From positions 1-64,000 of the forward strand of contig CAVUWV010000010.1 of NCBI GenBank assembly GCA_963745075.1: DNA of 64,000 bases. Reading direction: 5' to 3'. Below are positions 12,622 through 22,723 of the stretch, piece after piece (position 1 is the stretch's first letter; every line of letters starts with the position of its first letter). The notes beneath the pieces were generated by a model. That model saw nothing but the letters and a program-made list of their open reading frames with translations. It ran no database searches and had not been told where the DNA came from. The stretch comes from Candidatus Hydrogenedentota bacterium (lineage in GTDB: Bacteria; Hydrogenedentota; Hydrogenedentia; Hydrogenedentales; SLHB01). The position numbers and the translations under genes are program-made.

Positions 12622-13120
12622 ATGGATTCTCCTGGTTTTCCCACAAACAACCTTGCGCCGTCATTGTAACAGGCGGGAGATTCGTCTGTCAGGCACTGGT
12701 ATAGACTTCGTCTTCGACAGCGGGGCGAATCGAAGAATACGTCAGCAATGCCGGGACCGGTCCGGATAAGAGGGCGGAAAGAATGGCGGCCGTGGCGAGA
12801 TTCGAGCCCGCGGCATGATCCGGAGCCTTGTTGTAAGCTGTTGCTTTTCTGTTGTTTGCGCGATTCATGCCTCGCGCTACGACTTCGCTCAAGGAAGAGC
12901 ACGCAGGCAATCGGTTGCGCGTGGCGCGCGGATAGTTGCAATTCCGGGTGTTCGTTCGTCGTAAGCGAATCCGCACTATCCGACGTTTCAGTTGAACGCG
13001 TACGGCAGTAACGCTACGCTTGTTGGAATTTGCGCACTGACGTAACGGCGCGCTTCGGGTGCACAAACCCTGCGCAGCGACATGCGGTACTTCAATAGAC
13101 TGAATGAAGGAGAGAACTCA

Positions 13121-13771
13121 ATGAGATCGATTCAGTATTATGCATTGGCCGCACTGATCGGCCTGACGCTAGCCTCCTGCCAGACGACGGACATGGCATC
13201 TTCGGACAGCGCTTCGGCGGCGTCGAGCGATAGCCCCTGGATACCCCTCTTGCATGGAGACAGTCTGGACGGTTGGACCGCGCACGGTAGCGCGACGTGG
13301 AAAGTCGAGAACGGCGTACTCATCGGACAGTCTGCCGGAGGGCAGGGACACATCTACGCGGATCCCGTATGCACCGACCTTGAAGTGAAAGGTGTCTTCC
13401 GTATCACCAGCCAGGGTGAAAACGCGAACAGCGGCTTGTATTTCCGCGCCAACCCGCCGGAAGACAATCCCGACGATTTCCCCCGTGGCTACGAAGCGCA
13501 AATCTGCAACACGCAAAAGGCCTTCACGGGGTGGTTATGGAAACCCGGAACCCCAACCGGCAAAGCATCCGAACTGTTGACCAAGGACGGCGAGTGGTTT
13601 TCCATGCGGGTCAAGGCCGTCGGTGACCAAATCAAGATATGGGTGAACGACAAACTGGTTATGACCTATCAGGACAGCGAGTACACGAAAGGGCACTTCG
13701 CCCTGCAATGCCACAATTCGGGCATGATGATCGAAGCGAAGGACCTCTACTACCGCGACCTGAGCAAATAA
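13121..13771 (+). CDS. DUF1080 domain lipoprotein
   Basis: Lipobox LASC, 'GDSLDGW', 'NSGLYFR', 'GYEAQI', 'GHFALQCH'. Confidence 0.85.
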   Translation: MRSIQYYALAALIGLTLASCQTTDMASSDSASAASSDSPWIPLLHGDSLDGWTAHGSATWKVENGVLIGQSAGGQGHIYADPVCTDLEVKGVFRITSQGENANSGLYFRANPPEDNPDDFPRGYEAQICNTQKAFTGWLWKPGTPTGKASELLTKDGEWFSMRVKAVGDQIKIWVNDKLVMTYQDSEYTKGHFALQCHNSGMMIEAKDLYYRDLSK

Positions 13772-13814
13772 TGATCGGTGGCACGGTCGCGGCGATGTTC
13801 AGGGGGGAGCGGAC

Positions 13815-15947
13815 ATGATTGCTGTCGCGAATATCTCGTTCCTATGCGTTCTTGTGGGCGTTGCATGCGGGGCGGTGGGCGAGGAGGCTGCGCCCGCACT
13901 GGGCGAAGACCTGAATTTCTTCCCAGTTGCCACGCAGTTCTCGCCCGTGCCTTCGGGCAAGGGATGGAAAGGCGAAGAAGGTCCGCTGAGCGAGGAGGTC
14001 CTGCGCGACACGGTCGACAACATTATCGCCCATGGATTCACTGGATTGGAATCTGACACGCACCGTCCGGAAGTCGAGCAGACTTACATTCTCGATTATG
14101 CCCGGTCCCGCGGCATGTTCATTACCGCGCACACCGGCGGCTTGGAAGGATTCGGCCGTGATGCGCCGCCGGACCCGTCCGTGTATTCGCCCGAGTACGG
14201 CGAAGCGATCCGGAAACGGGTAGAGGAGCGCTTCGCCGGACTCAAAGACGTCCCGCGCCTGTACAACGTATTCACCTATCAAGATGAACCGTTCCATTGG
14301 GGTCCGAAATCGTTCGGATATGGCGACGCGGTGAAAGCTGCTTTCAAGGAAAAGTACGGCTATGACCTGCCACCTGATCTGGAGTCTATCCGCAAAAATC
14401 CGAAGCAATGGTTGGATGTGATTAACTTCCGGTCGGACAACTTTCCGGTGGGCTGGCGGCAGGTCTACGCGGCTATCAAGGAGTTCGCGCCCGGTTTCAA
14501 GGTCGTAATGACTCACGACAGCCACAATACTTTCGGTGCCGGGTATAGCTCCCATTCCGAGATCGCGATTGACGACGTGTTCCATTGGGGCGGCGATTTC
14601 GCTGACATGTTCGTCTTCGACATTTACCCGTACATGATGTTCGACTTCCGGTTCGGCGAATGCGCCCAACTTCCAAAACCCCGCGTCAGCCAAACCCACT
14701 ACGCATTCGCGCAGATGCGCAATCTCACGCGAACCTATGATAAAGACCTGGGGTTCTGGGTGGGTACGTACAACCCCGCGTGGTTCGAGCCGTATCTGTG
14801 CCCGGAACTCGCCGCGATGCACTGGACCGAACGCGAGATGAGCGCCACCGCGGTTGCTGAGGGCGCCGATTACCTCCTCACGGGGTACAAGATTCCCGTC
14901 GATGAAGGACATTGGGAATCCCTCGGTCAGGGCTTGCAACTGATTCAGAAGACGGGGGGACGACTGCTTGATGCGCCGAAGGTAAAGGCAAAAGCCTGCA
15001 TGCTGTTTCCGCGTACCGATTACATCCAGATGCAAGAGGAGTATTTCAATGTCGGCCTGTCGTACGAACTGTTCCTGCGCGCTTTCGGAGAACTGGACGT
15101 ACTGCACGAGGAACAAGTCGTTGACGACCGTCTGGACGGTTATCAGATTCTCGTGCTGTTCGACGTAAAGCTGCTGCCCAAGGAGGTTGCGGAACGCATC
15201 GCCTCGTTCGTTAACAAGGGCGGCGTTGTGATTGCTGATTGCGTGCCCGGTCTCGACACTAACAAAGAGCCGCTGACCGTCATGGACGACCTGTTTGGCG
15301 TGTCAGACGCAACCATGGACCGCATTGTCCGCTCCGGCCATTGGGTGCCCCGTAAGAACGCCGATCCCATGTGGGCGAACCGTCCGGAGAATCCTCCGGA
15401 CGAGTCCGTCTTCACCACCGACACGCTGCGGGGCGAAGTGCAGGGGCAAACGCTCGACGTGCCGTTGATCAGCCCCCGTCCCTGCAACGTCACGAACGGA
15501 GAGATTTTGCTCGATACGGTGTCAGGGCAACCTGGTGTGATCCACCGGACCGTGGGCAAGGGGCAGGTGTTCCTCCTCGGTTTCTGCCTGCAGGACACCT
15601 ACTTCAAAACTTGGCAGGATGAGAACGTAACGGCGCGCGACCAACTACGCGACCTGTTACATGCGATGACGGAAACAGCGGGCATTCGCCCACACGTACG
15701 TTCATCGAACCCGGATATCGAGGCCGCCATTCGTGCCAACGCCGGGGAAGGATTCCTCTTCGTCATCAATCACGAGGCCACGGTGCCGGATACGACGGTC
15801 CAACTCGCGGACCTCGGTTTCGATATTGGGCGCATTACGGATATGGGGACGGGAGAGGATCTGGCTTTTGAACAGGGCGGCAAGAATGTGCGTCTGGACA
15901 CAGCCGTGCCGCTGGGCGAGTTTCGGCTACTGAGCGTGCGGCCTTGA
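13815..15947 (+). CDS. Secreted glycoside hydrolase-like protein with a GH42-type trimerisation/GATase-like domain
   Basis: Signal peptide, 'QDEP' candidate catalytic motif, 'SFVNKGGVVIAD', 'HRTVGKGQVFLLG', 'FLFVINH'. Confidence 0.6.
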   Translation: MIAVANISFLCVLVGVACGAVGEEAAPALGEDLNFFPVATQFSPVPSGKGWKGEEGPLSEEVLRDTVDNIIAHGFTGLESDTHRPEVEQTYILDYARSRGMFITAHTGGLEGFGRDAPPDPSVYSPEYGEAIRKRVEERFAGLKDVPRLYNVFTYQDEPFHWGPKSFGYGDAVKAAFKEKYGYDLPPDLESIRKNPKQWLDVINFRSDNFPVGWRQVYAAIKEFAPGFKVVMTHDSHNTFGAGYSSHSEIAIDDVFHWGGDFADMFVFDIYPYMMFDFRFGECAQLPKPRVSQTHYAFAQMRNLTRTYDKDLGFWVGTYNPAWFEPYLCPELAAMHWTEREMSATAVAEGADYLLTGYKIPVDEGHWESLGQGLQLIQKTGGRLLDAPKVKAKACMLFPRTDYIQMQEEYFNVGLSYELFLRAFGELDVLHEEQVVDDRLDGYQILVLFDVKLLPKEVAERIASFVNKGGVVIADCVPGLDTNKEPLTVMDDLFGVSDATMDRIVRSGHWVPRKNADPMWANRPENPPDESVFTTDTLRGEVQGQTLDVPLISPRPCNVTNGEILLDTVSGQPGVIHRTVGKGQVFLLGFCLQDTYFKTWQDENVTARDQLRDLLHAMTETAGIRPHVRSSNPDIEAAIRANAGEGFLFVINHEATVPDTTVQLADLGFDIGRITDMGTGEDLAFEQGGKNVRLDTAVPLGEFRLLSVRP

Positions 15948-16120
15948 ATAGGACACGCGACTAACCGGGGCGGGCACTCCAAAGTTACGACGCTTGAGAG
16001 CCCGATTTCTTCGACTGGAAGTGGCCCAATCGCCGATTGTCCAGTGTTGGACGTTGCGGATTGCAGGCCCGATCCGTAGGCTAGTGTCGTCAATACGGTG
16101 ATCCGAAGGAGGTAGTAACG

Positions 16121-16270
16121 GTGCGTCACATTTCTCCAATTACGGGCCCGCGTCCGCTGCCGGCACTCGTGCGGCAAGGCGCATTCCTTTCCATTCTCCA
16201 AGTGCTGCTCAATCTGCTCGTGGGACAGTTGCAGGACAAGAAATCCGAAAAAGACGCGAATCCCACGTAG
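16121..16270 (+). CDS. Small 49-aa peptide, below the ORF-track length cutoff
   Basis: Strong RBS AAGGAGGT, then GTG; translation MRHISPITGPRPLPALVRQGAFLSILQVLLNLLVGQLQDKKSEKDANPT. Confidence 0.55.
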   Translation: MRHISPITGPRPLPALVRQGAFLSILQVLLNLLVGQLQDKKSEKDANPT

Positions 16271-16318
16271 GTTTTTTGTGCGCACACCGGACGAAATGCA
16301 GGTTCGCGCGATTCGAGA

Positions 16319-17785
16319 CTACTGTTCCGGAGTCTTCGCGCGCCAGACTTCCAATCCATCGAGCGGGTTCGCCGACCCAAGGTACAGGTACCCATCGGGA
16401 GTCGACTCCATGGTGCGCCATCCGTAGTTTCCGGAGTTGCCCATGCCGTCGATGGTAACCGGGTACCAATGGTCGCCGTCGTTGGTGCGAAAGATATCCG
16501 CGCCGGCCCGGGTCCCGAAATAGAGCAAATCGAGCCGGAGGGATTCCTCCAAGCTGACGTCGGCGCTTCCCGTTTCGATGAAGTCCCGCAACGCCGGAAT
16601 GTTGTCGAGCAACCACGACAGCAAGGTACCCTGGTCCCACGTGCCGGCATACAACCAGCCGTCGTGCTCTTCCATCCACCAGCAATAGGCGTTGGTGAAA
16701 AAGTTGAACCCGGAATCGTAGCCGGACGTTGAGTTGGGGCCGACGACGGTCTCCCACTCGTCGTTTTCGTCGATGCGAATGATGTCGCACCCCTTGAATC
16801 CCTGCAATTGCTGCGGGTTGAAGCCGAAGAAGATGATGCTTCCGACATACAGTTTGCCGTTGAACACCGCCGGCGTCCCGGCGATTTCATTCCGCGAATC
16901 CGGGCCGCCGTGTTCCACGACCTTTGTCGGCGCAACGAGTTTCGCCGGGCCGTCCAGTTTCCAGACCTCGTATCCCTCGACGTCATTCTTCGTGCCCGCA
17001 TACAGCCAGTCGTTGTAGGAAATGACAAACTCGACGCCCCGATTGTTGGGATTGCCGAAGCCGTCTTGCATGACCGGCACGAAATTCAGACCGTCTTCGG
17101 AAACCCACAACTCGCCGGGCGGTGGGTCGGCCTCGAAGGTGTCGAAGGCCATGGCGAGATACATTTTCCCTTTGTGGGTGCAGAAGTATCGTATCGATGG
17201 GCCGAATTCACCCGTGCTGAACACGGCCTCCCAGGTTCCCGCCTCCCCCGTACGTGACCGCCACAGCACGGACTCGAGACCTTGCGTCGCGGCATAGAGG
17301 TAATTCGCCCGTACGACGTTATTCTTCGTATCGTCGACAGCCGCTTCATACGTGCCCATGAAACGGAATCCGGTGGTTTGAAATTCTCCTTCGTTTTCAA
17401 TTGAGCGGTAGTCGAGCACCGTTTCCCACGATTTCGGACCGAGATCGGGGCGGTACCGCCGTATCTCCGGCGGCAGCACCGGCGCGTCCAGGATTTCTCC
17501 GCCGTTGGCGAGTGTCGTGAAGTAGTAGCCGATAAGATTGGCAATATTGTTTCCCGTGCCCACGTAGACGTAGCCCGTGTCGGCGCCGTCCTCCTGAAAA
17601 TACCGCATGCCCCAGGCGTAGTCGTTGTGATCCGTTGCGTTGTCCACGGGGTCAAACCCGTTTTCGCTGACCTTCTTAAAATCTTTGGCGATGAATCCGC
17701 CATTCGAGCATTGCGGTACCATGGCCACACAAAAGACCGCCATGCAACCTGCGACAAGCGTGCGAACCCAGATTGGACGTTTCAT
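16319..17785 (-). CDS. Hypothetical secreted or lipoprotein beta-propeller
   Basis: Signal-like N-terminus MKRPIW...PQC; repeats 'WLYAGT', 'GFGNPNN', 'GMGNSGNYG'. Confidence 0.65.
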   Translation of the reverse strand: MKRPIWVRTLVAGCMAVFCVAMVPQCSNGGFIAKDFKKVSENGFDPVDNATDHNDYAWGMRYFQEDGADTGYVYVGTGNNIANLIGYYFTTLANGGEILDAPVLPPEIRRYRPDLGPKSWETVLDYRSIENEGEFQTTGFRFMGTYEAAVDDTKNNVVRANYLYAATQGLESVLWRSRTGEAGTWEAVFSTGEFGPSIRYFCTHKGKMYLAMAFDTFEADPPPGELWVSEDGLNFVPVMQDGFGNPNNRGVEFVISYNDWLYAGTKNDVEGYEVWKLDGPAKLVAPTKVVEHGGPDSRNEIAGTPAVFNGKLYVGSIIFFGFNPQQLQGFKGCDIIRIDENDEWETVVGPNSTSGYDSGFNFFTNAYCWWMEEHDGWLYAGTWDQGTLLSWLLDNIPALRDFIETGSADVSLEESLRLDLLYFGTRAGADIFRTNDGDHWYPVTIDGMGNSGNYGWRTMESTPDGYLYLGSANPLDGLEVWRAKTPEQ

Positions 17786-18192
17786 GTTTCTTCCCCCTGC
17801 TACTCGTCCCCGTTCTCCTACACCTAAGATATTATAGCGAGGGCGCGTGACCGCATCACCTTCGGAGTATTCGCTGAGGTTCTGCGTATGGACTGCCCGC
17901 TGGTGTGCCGGATACGGTGGCACGAACGGCGCCTCATGTATAGCGTCTCCAGTTTCTACTCGTCTTACCGGACTTCGCCGTTGTTGAGCTATATCTGATT
18001 GACGGGTAACGCGAGAGACACAGGGCGCACGACGGGGCATGAGGAACGCCGCCGGCGTGACGCCCCTGGTATTGACGTATATCCCCAAAGTCAAGCCCTG
18101 AACGGGCGCAGGAACCGGTACCTCGCCGCGCCAAGTTGACAGACTGGGTGTCGTGGTGCATACTCTGACTGTGTAGTTTTGGAGGTGATACC

Positions 18193-18439
18193 ATGAAGGC
18201 CACGGTACTGGATATGCGACGCAATCCCAAGAAGATCACTTGATGCCATCGCTCGAAATGAGACGGAGACACTCTCGCATCGTGGAAAGCCCGTGGCGCG
18301 GATCGAGCCCATTGAGAGTTCGGAGCGGGGGTGCGCGGCAGATCATCCCGCTTTTGGAATGTGGGCCGACCGTGCCGACATGGCCGACCCCTCCGCGTAC
18401 GTGCGTGGGATGCGACAAGGCCGTTTTGATGCTCTTTGA
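18193..18439 (+). CDS. Phd/YefM-family antitoxin, frameshift near 18238
   Basis: RBS GGAGGTG, MKATVLDMRRNPKKI, then in a shifted frame 'LDAIARNET..HRGKPVARIEP..FGMWAD'; overlaps the toxin start. Confidence 0.7.
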
Positions 18440-18806
18440 TACGGACGTGATCATTTGGGCGCTTTGCGGCAACCCGCGCGCCGCGTCCGCCATCGACAAA
18501 GCCGATACGCTTGGCCTTTCTGTGATTAGTTACATGGAACTCATTCAAGGCGCCCATGACAAAAAGGACTTGCGTTTGACGCGTGCGTATCTGGCAGATC
18601 TGGGCTTCTCGATTTTTCCCCTTTCGGAGAACATTGGGCATCGCGCCAGCATCTACCTCGAAGAGTATGCCCTGAAGTCGAGCCTGGGTATTCCGGACGC
18701 GCTTATCGCCGCAACGGCGGTCGAGAATGAAGTAGCCTTGTGCACCGGGAACGCGAAAGACTACAAGGCTGTCGCGGAACTCGACTTGAAGGTCTTTCGA
18801 CCATGA
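18429..18806 (+). CDS. vapC: VapC PIN-domain toxin
   Basis: 'MLFDTDVIIW', 'SYMELIQG', 'DALIAATA', 'TGNAKDY'. Confidence 0.9.
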   Translation: MLFDTDVIIWALCGNPRAASAIDKADTLGLSVISYMELIQGAHDKKDLRLTRAYLADLGFSIFPLSENIGHRASIYLEEYALKSSLGIPDALIAATAVENEVALCTGNAKDYKAVAELDLKVFRP

Positions 18807-18886
18807 TTCGCGGTACACCGCGCATTGCGGTCACCGGACCGTGCCTCACCAAGATCAACCCTGGGACATCGCGGGCGGCCAGAATC

Positions 18887-20230
18887 TCAGAAGCCATGAA
18901 CCATGTAGGCTTGCAGGACGCCTGATTCGTCAGAATTGAAGAACCCTCTGGAGCCGTCCGGTGACAGGAACGGATGTATATGTGCTGTCTTCGCCCAGGA
19001 ACAGTTAGGGTGAGCCACGGTACGGAGGTCCTTCAAAGGCTCGTCGCCGGGGGTGCCCAACTCCGCGACGACCACACGCCCCTCTCGGTTCGTGGGACCC
19101 GTGTCAGAAATGAGTCGTGTCCCGGCGATGTCCGTGGCGAAATGATAGAAGCTCGGCTCGGGCAACTCCCGCGTGAGATCGTTGCGCAGTCCGCCAGGCG
19201 TCTTCAAACCCAGGTGCCCTTGATCGGGTAACGCCTTCCCCTCAATCAACCGGGCGCTGCGAGGCTCCGTCGTGCCCGTGCTGGTGGTGGCCCAGTCGCT
19301 CCGGCCGCGCCAGCATTGGTGTCCCTGGCAATGTTCGTTCCCGTCCCGTCCCCACGGCATGGTGCGGAAATTGGTGCCGTCGTCGCGGATCACGTGAATG
19401 TCCGCGCCCGCCCCGCTGACCAGGGTCGTGATTTCGCCTTGGGGATTGGCTTTGTTCCCGTGGTTCTCCTGGACGAGCAGGTCGTGGCTGGCGTCGGCAT
19501 CCTTGGACCGCGAGTACTGGGGGTGAAGATTGCACCACGTTTGTCCCTGAAGGATCAGTTCCACCGAAGCTTGGCGAAGATCGAACACCATGAGGCCGAA
19601 GGGAGCATCTTCCGTCTTCCCGTCCCCGAAAAATGCCGAAAGCGCCAGCCGATTCCCATCGGAAGAAATGGTGGAGAGGGGATAGATGTGACTCGGCCGG
19701 AGTCCGGTTCCGGGCACGCCGGCGTCCAAGACCAGGATCGTTTGCCGATCGGTAGCATCCAGGCGAACGCGCTTGAGTGTAAGACGTCCCCCGTTGACCA
19801 CCGTCTCATTCACGAAGTAGTAGAGATACGCGCCGTCCGGTGTCAGTGACGGCGCAGTGGCGCCCGTTTCTTCCGTTAGCGGGAACAGCGAACACCCATC
19901 CTCAATATCGCAGAGAAGGTATTGGTGCCCGGGGTCGTTTTGGTCGCTTCCGTGCGCATGCGCGGAACGGTGGAGCACAAAACGTTTCGAATCCGGGGCA
20001 AAGATTTGTGCTTCCATATACACATGGCAACTGGGGACGGAATCCGCCGTCAGTTGGATGACCTCCATCCCCTCGGGCGCTAGGTCCGGCCGCGGTTTTG
20101 CCTGCCGGTACGTCGTGTCCATCTTTGCGGACGGAGCGGCCCCGGCACGTCGCGTCATGGTGGACAGGAGACCCAGGCTCCCATAAACTGCGCCGCGTTG
20201 GAGAAGTGTTCTGCGAGTGTATGTTTTCAT
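18887..20230 (-). CDS. Tat-exported oligogalacturonate lyase-like beta-propeller
   Basis: 'TRRTLL' Tat motif; C-terminal 'HIHPFLSPDGSRGFFNSDESG'. Confidence 0.65.
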   Translation of the reverse strand: MKTYTRRTLLQRGAVYGSLGLLSTMTRRAGAAPSAKMDTTYRQAKPRPDLAPEGMEVIQLTADSVPSCHVYMEAQIFAPDSKRFVLHRSAHAHGSDQNDPGHQYLLCDIEDGCSLFPLTEETGATAPSLTPDGAYLYYFVNETVVNGGRLTLKRVRLDATDRQTILVLDAGVPGTGLRPSHIYPLSTISSDGNRLALSAFFGDGKTEDAPFGLMVFDLRQASVELILQGQTWCNLHPQYSRSKDADASHDLLVQENHGNKANPQGEITTLVSGAGADIHVIRDDGTNFRTMPWGRDGNEHCQGHQCWRGRSDWATTSTGTTEPRSARLIEGKALPDQGHLGLKTPGGLRNDLTRELPEPSFYHFATDIAGTRLISDTGPTNREGRVVVAELGTPGDEPLKDLRTVAHPNCSWAKTAHIHPFLSPDGSRGFFNSDESGVLQAYMVHGF

Positions 20231-20546
20231 GTCTGCTTCCATCGTGTCGGCTGGGATTTGTCTCGTGATAAACCCAGCGGCCTCTTGTCTTGCTAAGTGC
20301 TACTGTACCGGTTTCGGCCAAAATGGCACAACGCGCCAATCCCGGGGCAATCGCAGATCCACTATCAGCGTGCGGGGCGCTCCCAGTGGCGCCACAACAT
20401 AACGCCCCCGCTGGAAAAGGACGTGTCGTTCGAACCCGTCTGTTGCACAATGATGTTTTTGTGAGGTTGTTTGGCTCGATTACCATGCACCGGCGCGCCG
20501 TTTTTGTCGAAGTCGGGGCCAATTCGCAGAATGCGGTATTTCGGGC

Positions 20547-20573
20547 TCAAGTTTTTCCCTCGTCTGCCGATAA
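20547..20573 (+). promoter_or_regulatory. Sigma28 (FliA)-type promoter
   Basis: TCAAGTTT-N11-GCCGATAA, 53 nt upstream of ATG 20627. Confidence 0.7.
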
Positions 20574-20626
20574 TACGAGTCGGAAGAGTCTTGCGTGTGG
20601 ACAAGTAAAGCCGGAGGAAGAAGATC

Positions 20627-21478
20627 ATGCAGGTTCACGGAGTCGGCCAAAATCAACCCCATACCCCGCCGGGACTTAGCCACGGCAAGGGTCCCAACGC
20701 CGCGAACTCAATCAACGCGGGAGCGGAATCCGCGCCCGCGCCGGCTCCAACCGGAGATCCGGCGAAGGCGAAGGGCGTCATACGCCTGCTTCAGGCGGGC
20801 CATTTCAAAGGCGTGGCGGACGTACGGCTGCGCATCAATTTCTTCGACGAACTCCAAGGGCTTGAACATGCGAGCCTTGCCGCGGCTGCGGGTACAAACG
20901 TGCCCGGTCTATTGGACGCCGTGAGCGGCAAAGTGGATGAACTTCTCGGGGCGGGCGAATTGTCCGACCAGCAGGCGGCGAGCGTGGGGGAGGCCTTTGA
21001 TACCTTTTCCACCGCGGTTCAGCAACTGGTCGCGGACTTTCAAAATGGAGGCGGTACCAATACGCAAGCGCCTCTTGACGGCATCCAATCGGCCTTCGAT
21101 GATTTCGTAAAGTCGCTGGAATCCATCCTCGCACCGCCCGACACCAGTTCGAGCGGCGACACGCAGCCATCGTCGTCGGCCGTCATCGGCGACGAAGTCG
21201 AAACCACACCACAAACAGCCACCGACGAATCGGAATCGACGCCCCCACCACCATCCATACTCGAAACGTTCATTACCGACCTGCGCAAGGTCTTTACCGA
21301 CGCGCTCGGCGATCCGAATACCGGTCTGAGCGGCGCCACGACACTGTCGCCCCTGTCCGAACCCTCCGGCAACGGCGCCGCCTACGCAAAATTCCTCGCC
21401 ATCTACAACAACTTACTCGCGGGCACCCCCAACGAACCCCAAGCCTCGACCGAAACGACCATAGACGCGCAGGTGTAG
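20627..21478 (+). CDS. Hypothetical helical, low-complexity protein
   Basis: RBS GGAGG, 283-aa ORF ending 'TIDAQV'. Confidence 0.7.
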   Translation: MQVHGVGQNQPHTPPGLSHGKGPNAANSINAGAESAPAPAPTGDPAKAKGVIRLLQAGHFKGVADVRLRINFFDELQGLEHASLAAAAGTNVPGLLDAVSGKVDELLGAGELSDQQAASVGEAFDTFSTAVQQLVADFQNGGGTNTQAPLDGIQSAFDDFVKSLESILAPPDTSSSGDTQPSSSAVIGDEVETTPQTATDESESTPPPPSILETFITDLRKVFTDALGDPNTGLSGATTLSPLSEPSGNGAAYAKFLAIYNNLLAGTPNEPQASTETTIDAQV

Positions 21479-21789
21479 TCTGCGACCTCGTCCGTCGATG
21501 TCGCCATCCTATCGAGTCGCGTGTTGGTCCCTGAATACTCGTTCAGCGTCTTGGCTGGGCAAAACGACGGCATATGGGGTTTCGTCCACAATCCCATCGT
21601 GAAGCGAAAACGGTGTCGAAGCCACGGTGGGGTCCTCTCCTTCGGTAAAGGTCGCGGAACGCACAACGAAGACACCAGTCGCATTCGGGGCCAAGCGGCG
21701 CCTTGGTGACGGCATGCACAACCGTTCCCCTCACAACGGCATGCTTATGGATGTCGATCATATAAGTAGGTTGAAAAGTACTTAACTGC

Positions 21790-22200
21790 CAGCGTTTAAG
21801 CTGTGGCGCCGTTCGCTCACCTTCCCCGCGGACCATCGCGTCAATCTGCCGCTCGTCTCGGAGAAGCTCCTTCCAGTGATAGGTTGGAAACACGCCTCCG
21901 TAGACAATTCAGGCTTCGGGACAGACCGCGCGGAGCGCTCGGCCGACCTACGCGATGATCGGGTGAGCTGAGGTCGAGCCCGAGTGCCCGAATAGAACGG
22001 CCTCAGGGGCAAAAGACATTGTTTCGTCAACAATCTGCTGCGTCGATAGTGGGGCGAGTTCCCCGTCCAGAAGGCGCGTTTCGTGTCCCGCAGCGACCAA
22101 CGCGCCCCCCACATAAAGAAGCCCCAACGGGGGAAGATGATCCCTTGGAATACGGCTGCCGATGGACGGGTGCGGGACATTCACGAGCAGGATACGGCAT
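21790..22200 (-). pseudogene. Decayed N-terminus of a B12-binding radical SAM protein (BchE-like)
   Basis: 'ILLVNVPHP..PPLGLLY..GHSGSTSAHP', 'GGVFPTYH..VRGEGE'; in-frame stops at 21948-21950 and 21909-21911; start out of frame; truncated before any CxxxCxxC motif. Confidence 0.75.
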
Positions 22201-22385
22201 GGCGTCTTCCTCCTTCTCACGGACTGTGGGCTACAGCCTTGGCTCCTCTGAACGCGATGCCAAAATCTTCTTCGACGAGCCTCTCCCCGCGACGGGAAAT
22301 TCCACAAAGACCGGATTCAATCTCCCCACACCAATCGCTGCCGGCTTCATGTGTTGCTCCTCTCAAGGACGCCAAATAAATATTT

Positions 22386-22418
22386 CAATAAGTACTTTAT
22401 AAAATGAAGTACTTATTG
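22386..22418. promoter_or_regulatory. AT-rich palindromic operator-like site
   Basis: CAATAAGTACTT-N9-AAGTACTTATTG, a perfect 12-bp inverted repeat. Confidence 0.55.
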
Positions 22419-22643
22419 TCAATGAAGCCTCGCCCCCCCCAATCCTTCTTCTCCTCATCCGAGAGTGTCGCCGACCCGAAGTTCACGGCCCGATACACCC
22501 TAAAATATCAATCGATTTGATAAATTCCTGACAGTCTGACCGGCAGAATTTGCGCGATTCCAGTATTTTCCCACCGGACAATTCCTATACGGATTTAAGT
22601 TATTGTTGTAGAATTACTTACGAATAAGAAAATGATCTCTCTT

Positions 22644-22659
22644 TGGCACCCAACTTGCT
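22644..22659 (+). promoter_or_regulatory. Sigma54 -24/-12 promoter
   Basis: TGGCAC-CCAAC-TTGCT upstream of ATG 22724, with an AT-rich IHF-like TAAGTTATTG near 22596. Confidence 0.7.
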
Positions 22660-22723
22660 CCCTTCGGTTGAACCAATCTATACTTAAACTCACGTACGTG
22701 AAGTGCAACTGAGGGAGGTTACC

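Noticed and set aside
21790..22200. BchE-like fragment as evidence for phototrophy
   Set aside because: It is a B12-binding radical SAM family fragment only, it is decayed, and there are no photosynthesis genes in the window.
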